Shown here piece after piece: positions 11,383-23,635 of a stretch of DNA of 64,000 nucleotides (positions are counted from its first letter, which is position 1; each line of letters begins with the position of its first letter). The stretch lies in assembly GCA_965113315.1 (NCBI GenBank), contig OZ220365.1; one strand, written 5' to 3'. The DNA comes from Podarcis vaucheri (lineage: Eukaryota). The position numbers and the translations under genes were made by a program. Below the pieces are notes generated by a model. The model saw nothing but the letters and a program-made list of their open reading frames with translations, had not been told where the DNA came from and ran no database searches.

Positions 11383-12458
11383 ACATTTTACACCATGTCC
11401 TATATCCTGCTAATATTTCTCAGAATATGGCCTTGATTGTAAAATAAAAGCAAGCATTTACAATTTCTGGATAACGACTGCTTACTCTTATGAAAGGAAT
11501 GGATGATTTCTCTTGACAGAATCTGGGTAATAACTGGAGAGTAACATTTGTTTCAGTGTTGTCATATGAGTATAAAATGCTGGGGGGAGTGACTACATTT
11601 TTTCTTTGTTTTTTGGAAACTGAATTTATAAACAGAAAAAATGTTGAGCCTTTATGATACACCTATTTTTCTCTTTGATGCAAACAGCTAGAACACTTTT
11701 TTGATATTCTAAAACAAGACATTTGTTAATCTTCGGATTAATAAATTAGGTCATATAATAAATTAGGTTTTTCAGTTTTAAAGTTCAGTAACCTCTGACC
11801 AAGTATTTACAACAATACTTGAGAGTTCCTTTACAAAAAATACATTTTCTTTTCACATTAAGCATACTGGGTATCTGTGTCTTATGACAAGCAACTGTAA
11901 AAGAAAGAGGCATACACAAATGGGCAGTTAGTATAAAAGTGCCAAGACATATTTGGAAAAGTTAATGTTGTATGATACAGTTAAAAGTTACGAGTCAAGC
12001 TGCAACAAACTTCCAGCTAGTTGTAGACTGTACTCCAGTAGTTGTTTCAAACAACTGTTTTCAAATATATCCAAATGCTGATGCAGTTAAGTTGTGGAAC
12101 TGATGAGTGCTGCCTGTATGTTATCAGTGTATCTAGCCAATGCATTGAATTAACAGCCTTTTTAAGGCCATGCAGGAAAAGAAAAAGGAACACACCCTGA
12201 AATGTAGCAAGTAGCAAGAGCAATGCTTACTGCTAAAATTGTGCACATACTGTACACATATGCAAACACAAGGGCACGCGTGCACACACACTTGCATACT
12301 CACACTTTCAAATCAAAAAAAACTAGGTAGAATGAGATACTCTCATCTCGTCTTTCCTAAACACAAATGATTAAGCAAAAATGTGGAATGCCTGTGTTTC
12401 TGTTCTGGGTAAAATCTCAGTTAAAAATACATTCAACAGGGGAAAATACAAAATTATA

Positions 12459-12622
12459 NNNNNNNNNNNNNNNNNNNNNNNNNNNNNNNNNNNNNNNNNN
12501 NNNNNNNNNNNNNNNNNNNNNNNNNNNNNNNNNNNNNNNNNNNNNNNNNNNNNNNNNNNNNNNNNNNNNNNNNNNNNNNNNNNNNNNNNNNNNNNNNNNN
12601 NNNNNNNNNNNNNNNNNNNNNN
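12459..12622. other. Assembly gap (164 N)
   Basis: Run of N inside the putative CRIM1 3' UTR. Confidence 1.
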
Positions 12623-13755
12623 CATAACTTTATTTACATAAATATTTCTATAAAGCTAAAGTTTTAAAGAAGCATGATCTCCTTTCTTTCTGAGCTTCCA
12701 AAAAGGTGCTTGAGTAATATACAATTAAAATTAAGCAGCTTCCTAGCATGGAAGTTGTTTCTAGTCTGCATAATCAGTAACAGAAAAAACCCTTAACATG
12801 ATTAAAAAAAAAGTAATCTGAGCAAGATCTTCATCCATCTAATCTATTTCTTTTCCTCCAATGAAATATCTCTGAACCACCTGAAATTGATACACAATGG
12901 TAAAAGAAAGGAAAAAAAAGACACATGCACACACACAACACACACACACAAGCTCTGGAATCAGATAGTGTTTTTAACTTTCCCTCCCTTTCTCTCCCTC
13001 ACCACTACTGTTGTCAAAAGATCCAGTGCTCATATCAGGAATTATACAGGCCTTAGCCACTTGCTGATTGCAAAAAGAAACTTGACAATCAGCATCAAAA
13101 GGAAAAACAAAAAGCAGCACAAGGTATAATTGTACACAGCTTCAATAATTCACCCTTTGTAATTCTGCTTTAATGTTTCCCTCACTATGTCATTAGCTCT
13201 TGCAGCTTCTGATCAGGTAGAAAAACATAGTTGCAGCTATACCACACCTGTGATGTGACAGGTACTATATTTTTGTAGCACAGCTGGAAAAAACCCCCAG
13301 ACTTGGTTATTTAAGTTCAGGTATGGTTATGCTTATACTTCACTGCAATAAATGCTATTTTGGAGTGATAGGAAAAAAGCTATATTCTTATATTGTTTGA
13401 CTCCAAGTCAAGCTGACCAGCTTTTCTTCTTTGAGGCTTCCTGTTATTACCACTCAAACTCAACCCCAATTTCCCCTTTCCAAACAATCTCTATTACTAT
13501 GTTACAAGCAAAACATCTTAACAAGTTTTAAAACTTTGGTTCTAAGAAAACACTTGGTCAGTTATCGCAAGGAGAATTGGGAATGCTTGTTCTGGCACAC
13601 TGCAGGAGTCAGAGCCCATCCCAGTAAGGTCTTAGAGCTGTACATGAAGTCACAAATCCAATACAATCCACTAAGCAAGTGCACAATTCTAGTTTTATCT
13701 TAATAGCAGACTCAGTCTTTGTTTCTTCTTAACTTCTTTGTAAGGGTGCAACTTC

Positions 13756-13932
13756 TCACACTGTCTGATAGAAATTATCTGCCTGTAAGTTGTTCTGTTT
13801 TTGCATGCTGTAGAATCCACTGTATCTTGAGTCTGGGTCAGCAATTCTGAGCATCCTTTGAGAACTGTCCACCTGAACCATAGTTCCTTTCTTGCAGTCT
13901 ACGTACACCAACTGATTGTTTAGACAAGAAGG
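13756..13932 (-). CDS. CRIM1: CRIM1 exon 17 coding part (cytoplasmic tail and stop)
   Basis: ccaacag|CCT; translates PSCLNNQLVYVDCKKGTMVQVDSSQRMLRIADPDSRYSGFYSMQKQNNLQADNFYQTV then TGA at 13758-13756. Not in ORF track. Confidence 0.97.
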   Translation of the reverse strand, partial: PSCLNNQLVYVDCKKGTMVQVDSSQRMLRIADPDSRYSGFYSMQKQNNLQADNFYQTV

Positions 13933-14069
13933 CTGTTGGAATATAGAAAGGCAAAGGATAGGAAGTCAGGATATATGAAAAGCCACACGAGCTAGTAGCC
14001 CTTGCCACATCTTTTGGTAGAGCATTTCATAAGTCAATTATGTGCTGTGCGGAACAGTGATTTCTTTAA

Positions 14070-14250
14070 CTTAGGAAGCTGGCTTTTACCAAGTCAGAAC
14101 AATAGCCCAACTAGCTCAGAATTACCCATAATGACTGGGAGATGTTAACCAAGAATTCACACAGGAATCTCCCCACCCTACCTGGAGGGGCCAGGAATTG
14201 AATCTGGGACTTTTGCATGCAAAGAGCATGCTTTACCACTGAGCTGTGAC
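14070..14250 (-). mobile_element. tRNA-derived SINE
   Basis: Minus strand has A-box CAGCTCAGTGG and B-box-like GATTCAATTCC. Related copies at ~14270-14430 (+), ~48465-48600 (-) and ~49480-49650 (-). Confidence 0.65.
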
Positions 14251-14838
14251 CTGAACCTACTGCCAACAAATTAGCTCATGCTTTGCATCCCAGGTTCAAT
14301 CCTAAGGATCTCCATTTAAAAGAATTGTGTAGCAGATAAAACCCCGAAGAGCTGCCATCTGTCAGAACAGAGTAGATAATATTGGACAAGATAGACAAAT
14401 GGTCTGATTTGGAATCAAACTTCCCAAGTCCCTGTGATTTATATGAATGCAAGTTCTAGCATTGTGAGCATCACTGTTAACCATAATAGTTGGTCCCAAT
14501 AAAGATTGGAATCAAAAGCTAGAGAACACAATCCAAATAGCAGAAGAACACTCAGTTAATTTGCATGCACAAAAGTGACCTCCATGAGTCCATCATTCAG
14601 ATCCTTCACAGTGTACTCCTACTCTAGTGAATAATGGCAAGCAGAGAGGATTCAATAAGTACCTGATGCAGCCTTTGGCCACAAATGAAGGTCTCTCTGC
14701 TACCTATGATAAGTAATATTAAGGGCAGAAGGGAAAGCTTTATTTAACAAAGGCTGCAGCTGCATCTCTTTATCTACCAAGGCCCAGGCAAGCGTTGATG
14801 TTTCAGACCTTGAACCTACTAGGGGATATACTCTAGAT

Positions 14839-14974
14839 CAGGCACCCCCAAACTTGGCCCTCCAGCTGTTTTAGGACTACAACTCCCATCATCCCTAGCT
14901 AACAGGACCAGTGGTCAGGGATGATGGGAATTGTAGTCCCCAAACATCTGGAGGGCTGAGTTTGGGGATGCCTG
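14839..14974. mobile_element. Palindromic hAT (Charlie-like) MITE
   Basis: TIRs CAGGCACCCCCAAACT and AGTTTGGGGATGCCTG; perfect 8-bp TSD CTCTAGAT. Confidence 0.9.
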
Positions 14975-15211
14975 CTCTAGATTTTATTTGAACTAGACCC
15001 TATACAATCTGGGGTGTAATCTAAAACATGTTCAAAGGGAACAGCCAGACAGACATTAGTATTTGCCCTCCTGCCTTTTTGGAGCTTTCTGCCATCCCTT
15101 TTCAATTTTTGTTCAGCTGTCTTAGCCAATTCAAGAAATCATGCTACCTGTTTATACCAAATGCAGTACAAGAAAGATGGTTTAATGCCTAAATATATGA
15201 ACTCCATTTAC

Positions 15212-15399
15212 CTTTGTTGGTGCTCTGTAGCAGGACACTGGTATCCACTGCTTTTTCTGATTGATAAGTAGAAGTGCTATTATAAGAACGAGAGCTGTCA
15301 TGATGGGCACTGTCACCCAGGCAAGAGAACTAAGAGATGCCTCTGCACTTGGTTGCGATCCTCTGGTTTCTCTATAATCCCCCTGAAGATGACCCATAT
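15212..15399 (-). CDS. CRIM1: CRIM1 exon 16 (transmembrane helix)
   Basis: Translates DMGHLQGDYRETRGSQPSAEASLSSLAWVTVPIMTALVLIIALLLINQKKQWIPVSCYRAPTK, a hydrophobic stretch followed by KK; 188 nt, phase 1 to 0. Confidence 0.96.
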
Positions 15400-16243
15400 C
15401 TGAAAGGTGTGAATAAGCATGTTGGTAATGAACAATTAAATAACAGCCCTAACAGAGTAGCAGACAAGCTCCATCATGCCACTATTTTTAAAATCCCAAG
15501 ACAAAACACCATAACTGCTACCCTGAGTAACAAGAATTCTACACTTTACCCTATCAAGTTAACCTGGATATGCATTATCTTACATAATAATATGACATGT
15601 AACAACAAAGTGAAAGAGTACTATAAAATTACAGTAGAAATTACAGTAGAATGCATGAAATATTTCCATGGCACTAAAACATCCTATTGAAGATATGGAA
15701 GGGAACTGATTCTGGTAAAATCCATAATGTTCGAATCCAACATACCCTATTTTTCACCCTATAGATTTTTTTTTTTTGGGGGGGGGATAAAGGAATTGCT
15801 TGAAGTTTTTTTTTTAAAATGCACCAACTACACTGATTACCCCAAAAGAAATAATCCTTGTGTTTATTATCTGCTTTGCCTCAAGTTGTTTTAATCTCAT
15901 GAAACCACATGAATTTAGAGGCTAGTCCTATTGTCTTATTGCTATAAGACAAATGTGAGATATGAGGTTGATTGGAAAGGCATCTACAATAGGTGATGTG
16001 GGTGAATGTAGACTAAACGTACAATGCTTGTATCAATAAGCAGAAACTCCTAAGTAGTTGGATGTAAAAAGAGAAGAAGAAAAAAGAAGAGTAGCATGTC
16101 GGTAGATACTGGACTTAGGCTCTGTAGTGAAACCTGGTTCTCTTAATCATAGATTAAAGTTTTTTAAAATACCCCAAAGAGTGCTTATGAGCAAAAAAAA
16201 CCTCCCAAGCAGCCTCTGATTCATGACATGAAATACAATTTAC

Positions 16244-16366
16244 CTCTGTGGATATGAACAATGTCATTTTCACTGTGTGTAGGCCAAACTGGTGCTTCCA
16301 GTTCATTATCTCCTCTATGATTTGTCTTCTCAATTGGAATGTTGGTAGGTTCAGGTACATACATTT
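16244..16366 (-). CDS. CRIM1: CRIM1 exon 15 (juxtamembrane stalk)
   Basis: Translates EMYVPEPTNIPIEKTNHRGDNELEAPVWPTHSENDIVHIHR; 123 nt, phase 1 to 1. Confidence 0.96.
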
Positions 16367-16950
16367 CTATTAAAAAATGAAAATTGTCAAAGGAACTTAT
16401 AGCCATTAAGCTTCATCCCTTACATTTTCTGCATCTTAATGTTCTACTCTATCCTGCCCACCTACTGCTTCTATCATGAGGCCAAAGTAAAACTAAGAAG
16501 TGTTTGAGATACCTTTTGATACTTCATTAATGTTTTTCTTGATATTTTCTGGCACATTTGTTGTTCCTGAACATGACCAAGAAGGCAATTTTTGAGTCAT
16601 CAAAAATAAAATAATTTAAACAAAGGGCTGTTCTAAGTGTATCACTACTGGAAAAAGGCACAAAACATAGGCTTATGTACTCTTCTCTCTTCCTCCAGTA
16701 CAGCTGCATGGAGGAGATTTGAGAAAGTTGCTTCCTCTTTAACAGGAGCTGTAATTTATTGTTAGATCCAAAAAGGGCAAACTGTGGTTCAACTACAGCT
16801 TATTTTCAAACAGTTATGCATGAGAGGACAAAATGGGTAGGGGAGTGTGTGAACCTATGGCTACCTAATGTTAAATCACAGTTTACTTAACATCTGAAAT
16901 AGGCCAAATAAAATACTGTAGAACAAGCATAACTTAAAAACTGTGATAGA

Positions 16951-16952
16951 AA

Positions 16953-16987
<35 letters not shown>
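16951..16987. repeat. (AAAT)n microsatellite
   Basis: About 9 tetramer units. Confidence 0.9.
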
Positions 16988-17139
16988 GGCATTTCTGTTT
17001 ATTGAAGCATATTTGATTGGCTGAATTACTTGTTCTGAGAGAAAACAAGAAAATATTCATTTGCTGTATTCCAAATCCTGATTCAAGAAAATTATATCTG
17101 AAACAAAAACAAAATGTTTACTTAATCCTCGGTCTAAAT

Positions 17140-17275
17140 CAGGCACCCCCAACCTTCGGCCCTCCAGATGTTTTGGACTACAATTCCTAGCGTCGCTGAC
17201 CACTGGTCCTGTTAGCTAGGGATCATGTGAGTTGTAGGACAAAACATCTGGAGGGCTGCAGATTGGGGATGTCTG
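17140..17275. mobile_element. Palindromic hAT MITE, same family as 14839 and inverted relative to it
   Basis: Perfect 8-bp TSD GTCTAAAT; central loop (gaccactggtcctgttagctagg) is the reverse complement of the loop in the 14839 copy. Confidence 0.9.
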
Positions 17276-17494
17276 GTCTAAATGATACCAGTGGTGTCGC
17301 CTTATCTTTCTCAATACAGTAGCTAGATTGTAAGATAGTTGCTGGGAAGGTCTCAAAGGGGACAGTTTGGTTACCAGTACGTCTTGCAATCCTAGATTTG
17401 CATAGTATTTGCATGTGTAGGTGAAGTGATTATCTATTTTATGCATGTGCAAAATTCCTGATAAACTCTTAACATAAATATGAACGTAACTTAC

Positions 17495-17689
17495 CTGGAC
17501 ACATGGGACAGCAACTTCCTTCCACGTTGATGGGCTCCACACAAGGAAGAGGAGGGCAACTGACTGTGGAGCAAAGGGTTTGACCCTGCAGACAGTAGCA
17601 GTGTGTGCAGCTATCAATATCCCAACGCTCTTCATCTGCGTATGTTTTCCCATTAAAGTGACACACTGCCTTCTTTGATGTTGTGTCTT
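17495..17689 (-). CDS. CRIM1: CRIM1 exon 14 (VWFC repeat 6)
   Basis: Translates EDTTSKKAVCHFNGKTYADEERWDIDSCTHCYC...GSCCPMCP; donor GTAAGT; 195 nt. Confidence 0.97.
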
Positions 17690-19978
17690 CTGTTGAAATA
17701 ATATTGCCACAATTGGGAGTTTAGAAAGCCATTTCAGAGTAATTGAAAAAGAGAAACAATGATTATAGACCCTGCCTTGGGACTAGATGATTTGTTGTCC
17801 TCGTTCCATGGCAGGTTGACATTCTGCTCTTGGCTGGAAGCATCTGTTTACTGCTAATCAAATAATATATAGCAGGTACTGAAGTTCCGTTATGAGGAGA
17901 AAGGAATCAAATAAATTTTGCAGATCTCCTGAGATCTGAATTGTTCTCTTCAACTTTTCCAGTTAGTGAGAAATTAAAACATTTTTTGTGTTAACATTTT
18001 TCAGTTTATAAAATAGATAATGTATCTATTTAATGTGGTGTTGTGACTGGAGTATCAATACTAACCAGCAAAATTAGAGTTAAAACCTTTGCTCAGTTAG
18101 TTATGAAGTCATTAGGTTAGTCTCCTTTTTCTGCAATAATTCCTCCTCTGTCAAATGGTAATAACAGTCTGCCTTATACCTGATAAGCAGGTATACCCTG
18201 ATAAGCAGTGTAAAGGCTTAAATGTACTGGAAAAAATTATTAATAGAGTCATTATGCTAAAACCAACACTGGTTTTACTTAAGCTACCTTAAGTAAAATA
18301 AGTCCACAGTTCTTATTTCTCTTGGTTTCCAACGAAATTCAAAATAAAAACTATATATTTCTGTGCTTAATGGAACTATTGTTTAATTATATTTTAAAAG
18401 TTTCAGAAACTAAAGCAGAGATGCATGAAACTTCTCTAACAAAGCAAACCAAAACCACTCTTATTCTGGGCTGGGGTATTTGGCTTAGGTGATCTTTTGG
18501 CATCCCACTAGCTGCTGGGCAGTTTATGTAAGGTTCCCCCCAGTGGGAATGGTATGTTCCGAGGGCAAGAAGTGGGCAATGGATGCCAATATGGTCTCAC
18601 AGCCATTGTGTGACAGCATTGGACACAATTGTCTTGCCCTTTCCTGCACTGCAGTCACAACCCTAAATTGCTAAAATCGGTGACTTTACATTTTAATTCT
18701 AACTTTCCTCCAAGATGCTCGCTGGGGTGCACATGATTCCTTCATTTTATCCTTATATCATGGTTCATACATTTCTGGGTTACTGGATCATTTCTATGAT
18801 CTTCCCTATTCAGAAATTTCTGAGGAAATATTTCAGTTTCCAGGTTTAGGGGATTACTCTACAGTGAACAACTAGGATGGCATGATTTGGGTATTGACTT
18901 CTATGTAGTGTGAGGAGACTCCAGTGGAAGAGGGCTGTTGAAGAAACACAATAACCTGAGGCTTATTGCAGATGTGATGGGGTTAAAATATCAGCCAAAT
19001 GACCCCTAGATATTTTGGGCTACAAATGCCATCAGCCTCAGCATGGCCAATGGTCCGAGATGATGGGAGATTTAATTTAAAACTTGTGGATGACACTAGG
19101 TTGGGGAAGGCTGTCCTGGAGTCTTGACGTTAAAAAATCCCATCAAGCACCCAGCCACAACCTTCACCTATCTGTTAAAAAATCTGTTCAGAATCTTGGT
19201 CTTTTGAATATACACCTGCCATACTGAAGGCATGAAAAACACTGGCTGTTCCCAAGGTTCACTGCTGAGGAAGGCATTTTTATGTGTATCTGGTCTCTCT
19301 TCTGCACAGTAATTTTATGCTGTTGACAACAAACGAAAGCCAAATGCATGGTATGGAACCATGGACTGTGCCAGGATGAGTGGGATCAAAAAAACAACAC
19401 TGTTTCAATGTGCAGTGCTGCCAAAAATAGGGGTATTTGCATATGTAATTATTTGTATGCTGGGGTGGGGGCAATAGTTATTATAAATTAAATCTGTTTC
19501 TAGACAGAAGAGGGTCCTCTTAATAGCTAAAGATGATCTTTTTGCAGCAGATTTTCCTTACTAAATAAAGTTTAAAATAAGAGATTAAAGGATAATGCCA
19601 CTGCATTAAAAACCAACCAACCAACCAACCAACCCCCTTTAATGTCTAGATGCACCCTTCAGCTCCACTGGCACCAATGAAATACAGTTTTCGGTTAAGT
19701 CAAGTTCCACTGCTTTTAGTGGGAGCAAGGCATGACTCATTATGGCTGGATTCTGGACCGTTGAAAATAAGAACCTATTTTGGCCCAAAATGCAACAACA
19801 CATTCTTAATCCTTTGAAATACTTTCATGTTAGAAGATGACATACATAAAAATATATCTGCTAATAGTATTAATAAAAATAGTATCACTGTTCTCAGCAG
19901 AAGTGAGAAGACACCATGATATGGAGTAACTGAAAAAGCCCTCCTATCACATCCTTCTTTCCCTTTTTCAGAACTTAC

Positions 19979-20200
19979 CTATACAATAAGGACAACACTG
20001 TCCCTTTCTCAAAACAGGTCTGTCACAAGATACTGGAGGGCAAGACTCAGAATAGCAGCTGATTTCACCATCCATGCAAATGCAACTGGTACAAACATTG
20101 GGCTTCCAGGATTCAGCAGTCAGGAAAATATCACCATCATCATTTTTGCAGTAGCTGGGCATGCTCTCGTTGCTTGACAAGGAAGGCTGAACCGGCTCAT
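19979..20200 (-). CDS. CRIM1: CRIM1 exon 13 (VWFC repeat 5)
   Basis: Translates DEPVQPSLSSNESMPSYCKNDDGDIFLTAESWKPNVCTSCIC...GQCCPYCI; donor GTAAGT; 222 nt. Confidence 0.97.
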
Positions 20201-21502
20201 CTAAAAATATAAGCATGCAAATAAGCAATCAAGACTTGCAAGGCCCTGACTATCCAAACCAGTAGGAGGAGTCATCCTGTTAAATGAATGTCCACTCAGG
20301 CAAAATCTAGGAAATGACTTTGGTGAGCAATTTAGTTCTCAACAGATGATCTCCTATCTTTCATAGTGTAATTTTTATTTAAAGGCTTATCTGCACAGTT
20401 TTTTGTGATACAAAGTACATACAAGCCATGAAAGATTTCTGAATTTTGGCAACTTTACCTATCACACAGTTCCCTCATTCTTATATCACTATAGACTTGC
20501 ATCTGGAGAAAAAGAGGTACAACTTTGAGATAGCATTATGAGAAAGTACAGCTAGCTGTTAATTTAGTCATGCCCATCAGGAAGTTGATCCACACATACC
20601 TTCCCCGAATACAAAGGCTACACTACTTCTGGGGAATGCTTAATCAACAGTAGTGAGACTCACAAAGCCAAAGGAGCAACTTGGCAGGAACAGAAAACTC
20701 ATCCGTAATTTTATTTTATTTGTATTTAAAGTTAAAATTTAATTAAAATTAAAACTTTTTTTTTTAAAAAAAAGAGGACTTAAGTCTGAAGTGAATTTTT
20801 GCTGGATTAAGAAGCCCATCACTGATGCTGTTTACAACACTTTTTCAGGAAAACACATTTTAATACCTGTTTTGATAAGAGTTATAAATAGTGAGTTGTA
20901 TCCAATGAAGCTTTCCTGTTCATGCAAGGACTTTTGCTTGCACAATTGCACCTCCCCTCCCACCATGCACCCCCACCACCTACAGCAGGTCAGGGGGTGG
21001 GGTGCACAGGGAGGGGGAAGAGAAGTTCTGTTGAGCAAGTCAAAGTCCTTGTATGAAGGGGGCGACATTCCTGGATATAATCTAGTATTAGCACTGTGCT
21101 TTCAAATAATGAATTGTACAAATATACTAATGAAAATTCAGTTTGTCAGAATGTAGGCTCTAGAACAAGCCATAGTAAAAATTCTGCATCACAGTATATG
21201 AATGTCTAATTAAGCCAATAACTTTTCAGTAATTCTTGTTAAGAACATCTTGATTTATGGCTGCATATCTGCATGCTGGCTCTCATACTTCCTGTTAGCC
21301 ACAGGTTACGCTATTTGTATCAGAGCTTTCAGCCCTACTAAACACTCTTCTAGCTTCACAGACTTTTGTTCAATAATTGTCAGTTTAGCTTACTTCTTGC
21401 ACACTTTAACGGGGAATAAGTATCATATTTTAGAACAGCATCCTGCACAGAGAGAACAAACAACTGGGAAGTGTATGCTGAAACCTGGAAGGTAATGCTC
21501 AC

Positions 21503-21718
21503 CTGGGCACTGTGGACAACATGAGTCCTGAGTACGGGAGGGGTTCCGACAAAGAAGAGGTGGGCAGACTTCCGTGTCACATAAAACTCGTGCATTATGA
21601 CATGTGCACTGTGTACAAGTATCAATATTCCACGTATCTCCTTCCAAAAAATACTCTCCTCCTGGAACATAGCAGATGGTTGGACCACTGAGTTCCGGCT
21701 TCTGCACAAGGGATTCAT
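21503..21718 (-). CDS. CRIM1: CRIM1 exon 12 (VWFC repeat 4)
   Basis: Translates DESLVQKPELSGPTICYVPGGEYFLEGDTWNIDTCTQCTC...DSCCPQCP; donor GTGAGC; 216 nt. Confidence 0.97.
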
Positions 21719-23425
21719 CTGAAGGGGGGAAAAGAACCCCAAAACAAAGTAACAGAAAATTAGACTCTGCGGAATTCAAACAACACATTAAGTTTTGCAA
21801 CAATAGATTTATGAACTTGTTTATGCATAGATAACATGTAAAAAAAAAATAGTACAACATTATTATGTTAAAAACCCAGTTTCCTGTATTTCATCAGCAG
21901 TGCAATTGAGTGACACTATTTTTCCGCATGCTATCTCATATGTGCCAGAGCCAAGGAAATTTAAACTAACTACAAATCACCAGTAATGAATATTCCATAT
22001 AAATAAATGTAAAACGAGGCACAGAATGTTACCATGGCTACCAGTCTCACAACAACTTTAGAATACCAATAACATAGCTGTCCTCGGTCCTTTTTCCTTA
22101 CACAACTGACCTTCGACGTTTGAGAGAATTATTAGCAATATATCAAGATCAAAACAGTAAATGACTATTAAAAAAATGTGTTTTTTAGATAATGTTTCTG
22201 GACAAATGCCCATTCAAAGTAGCTTAGGGGCAAAACAAAAGATCAAACCAGGGCTAAATTTAAAACCTACAAATCAATCCTTGACAGAAAAATCGACTGA
22301 GCTTTCTCACACCATCTCCCCCTTTCCCTGGGTCAAGAGTTTCAATACTGTACTGCACAAGACTTTTATATGCAAGGAGGGAAATAGGAGATTCCTTACT
22401 TACTTCTGATTTCTGAGTCAGGTCACACGGAATAACCATGTTTCCTAGAAAGCCTAACCCTCTCATCTCCAGTGATCTACTTTTGTCCATAATTTTTCAT
22501 GCTACTTTTTCCCTTTCACTATAAAACCACAGTGGGCAGCAACTAGACTCTTGCATGCTATTTATAACCTTGAAACAGAGCACAGAAAACTTGCTAAACC
22601 CAACACTTTAAAATTGTCCCCCATAATGCTTAATGTGCTTTTGGCACACCTGATAGCTGCTTGCAAGGTATACATGTGAAAATGAACACAGCGTGAAAAT
22701 GAAATATACAGATTAGTATTCAAACCCTGACCTAAATTCTGGGCTTGAATACAAATTTGTATTCCAGTGCTCCAATGGTCAAGTATAATGAGAGTTGCAG
22801 TTAGCCATCACTGCTTTAGGCACAGGCTGACACATACACACAGCGATTCAGATTCTGTTATGATTCAAGAAAAAGCAATAGTTTGTAGTGATGTTTGGGT
22901 TAGTTTCCTTGCCACATCAGGGTGAACTCTGTGCATAGAGTATGAAATAGGTGAACATATGCAGTAAGAAAGAATACTAACTCAACTAATAAATTGGATT
23001 CAAAAGTCACTGACAGGTTGGCAGCAACTGGGACAGAATTTGAGAAATATTATGCTGTCTGCCTCACAGTAAGTGCATCTAAAATTTAGAGAATTCTACT
23101 CCCCTCCCCCTTTATTGGAAATAAAAACTGCTAAATGCTGAAGTACACCTCCTTCCTTCTGCTCTCAAGACTTTATTTGTCTGCATTAAATAAAAATGCT
23201 AACAGTACTCAGAAAAAATACTAGGCAATATATTTTATGGCTAAAACTGAACGTTTGTGATATATAAACTTAGTGTCAATTGTTAAGTTACAAAGGTCAA
23301 GGCAGAATTATATGGAGACAAAATACTTTGTCTTTACTGTTCAATTTTCCTCCAAAAGGAGAAAAAGAGATGCAGATAGAAAGCAAGGTGTGCTTTATAG
23401 CCCAATAGGGAACACAAAATGGTAC

Positions 23426-23635
23426 CTGGACATGATGGGCAACATTGCCCTGGATGTATGGTGGGGTTGCCACAGTTTGGTACAGAGCAGGTGATCAAAG
23501 CACACATCTCCCGTCCATTATGACAGTAGCATTCACGGCAGCCATCATGCCAACTTTCTTCATTTTCATGACGGTGCCCATCCACTGACAAGCAAGAACC
23601 TGCCTTCGCTGGTGGCATTACAGAAGCTGGTATCT
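23426..23635 (-). CDS. CRIM1: CRIM1 exon 11 (VWFC repeat 3)
   Basis: Translates EIPASVMPPAKAGSCLSVDGHRHENEESWHDGCRECYC...GQCCPSCP; 210 nt, phase 1 to 1. Confidence 0.96.

Larger units (their letters stand above)
11095..13755 (-). other. CRIM1: CRIM1 3' UTR (putative, ~2.6 kb)
   Basis: AU-rich, TE-poor sequence following the stop codon and ending at an AATAAA with a U-rich downstream tract. The 3' end is inferred, not transcript-confirmed. Confidence 0.7.

Noticed and set aside
12367-12641. ORFs containing X runs
   Set aside because: Artefacts of the assembly gap.
14070-14430. Head-to-head SINE pair near the last CRIM1 acceptor as a dsRNA hairpin
   Set aside because: The two copies are too diverged by eye to form a stable long duplex.
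17687-17692. NAGNAG acceptors at CRIM1 exon 14 (and exon 3)
   Set aside because: CAG-AAG pairs strongly favour the first AG; at most a one-residue difference.
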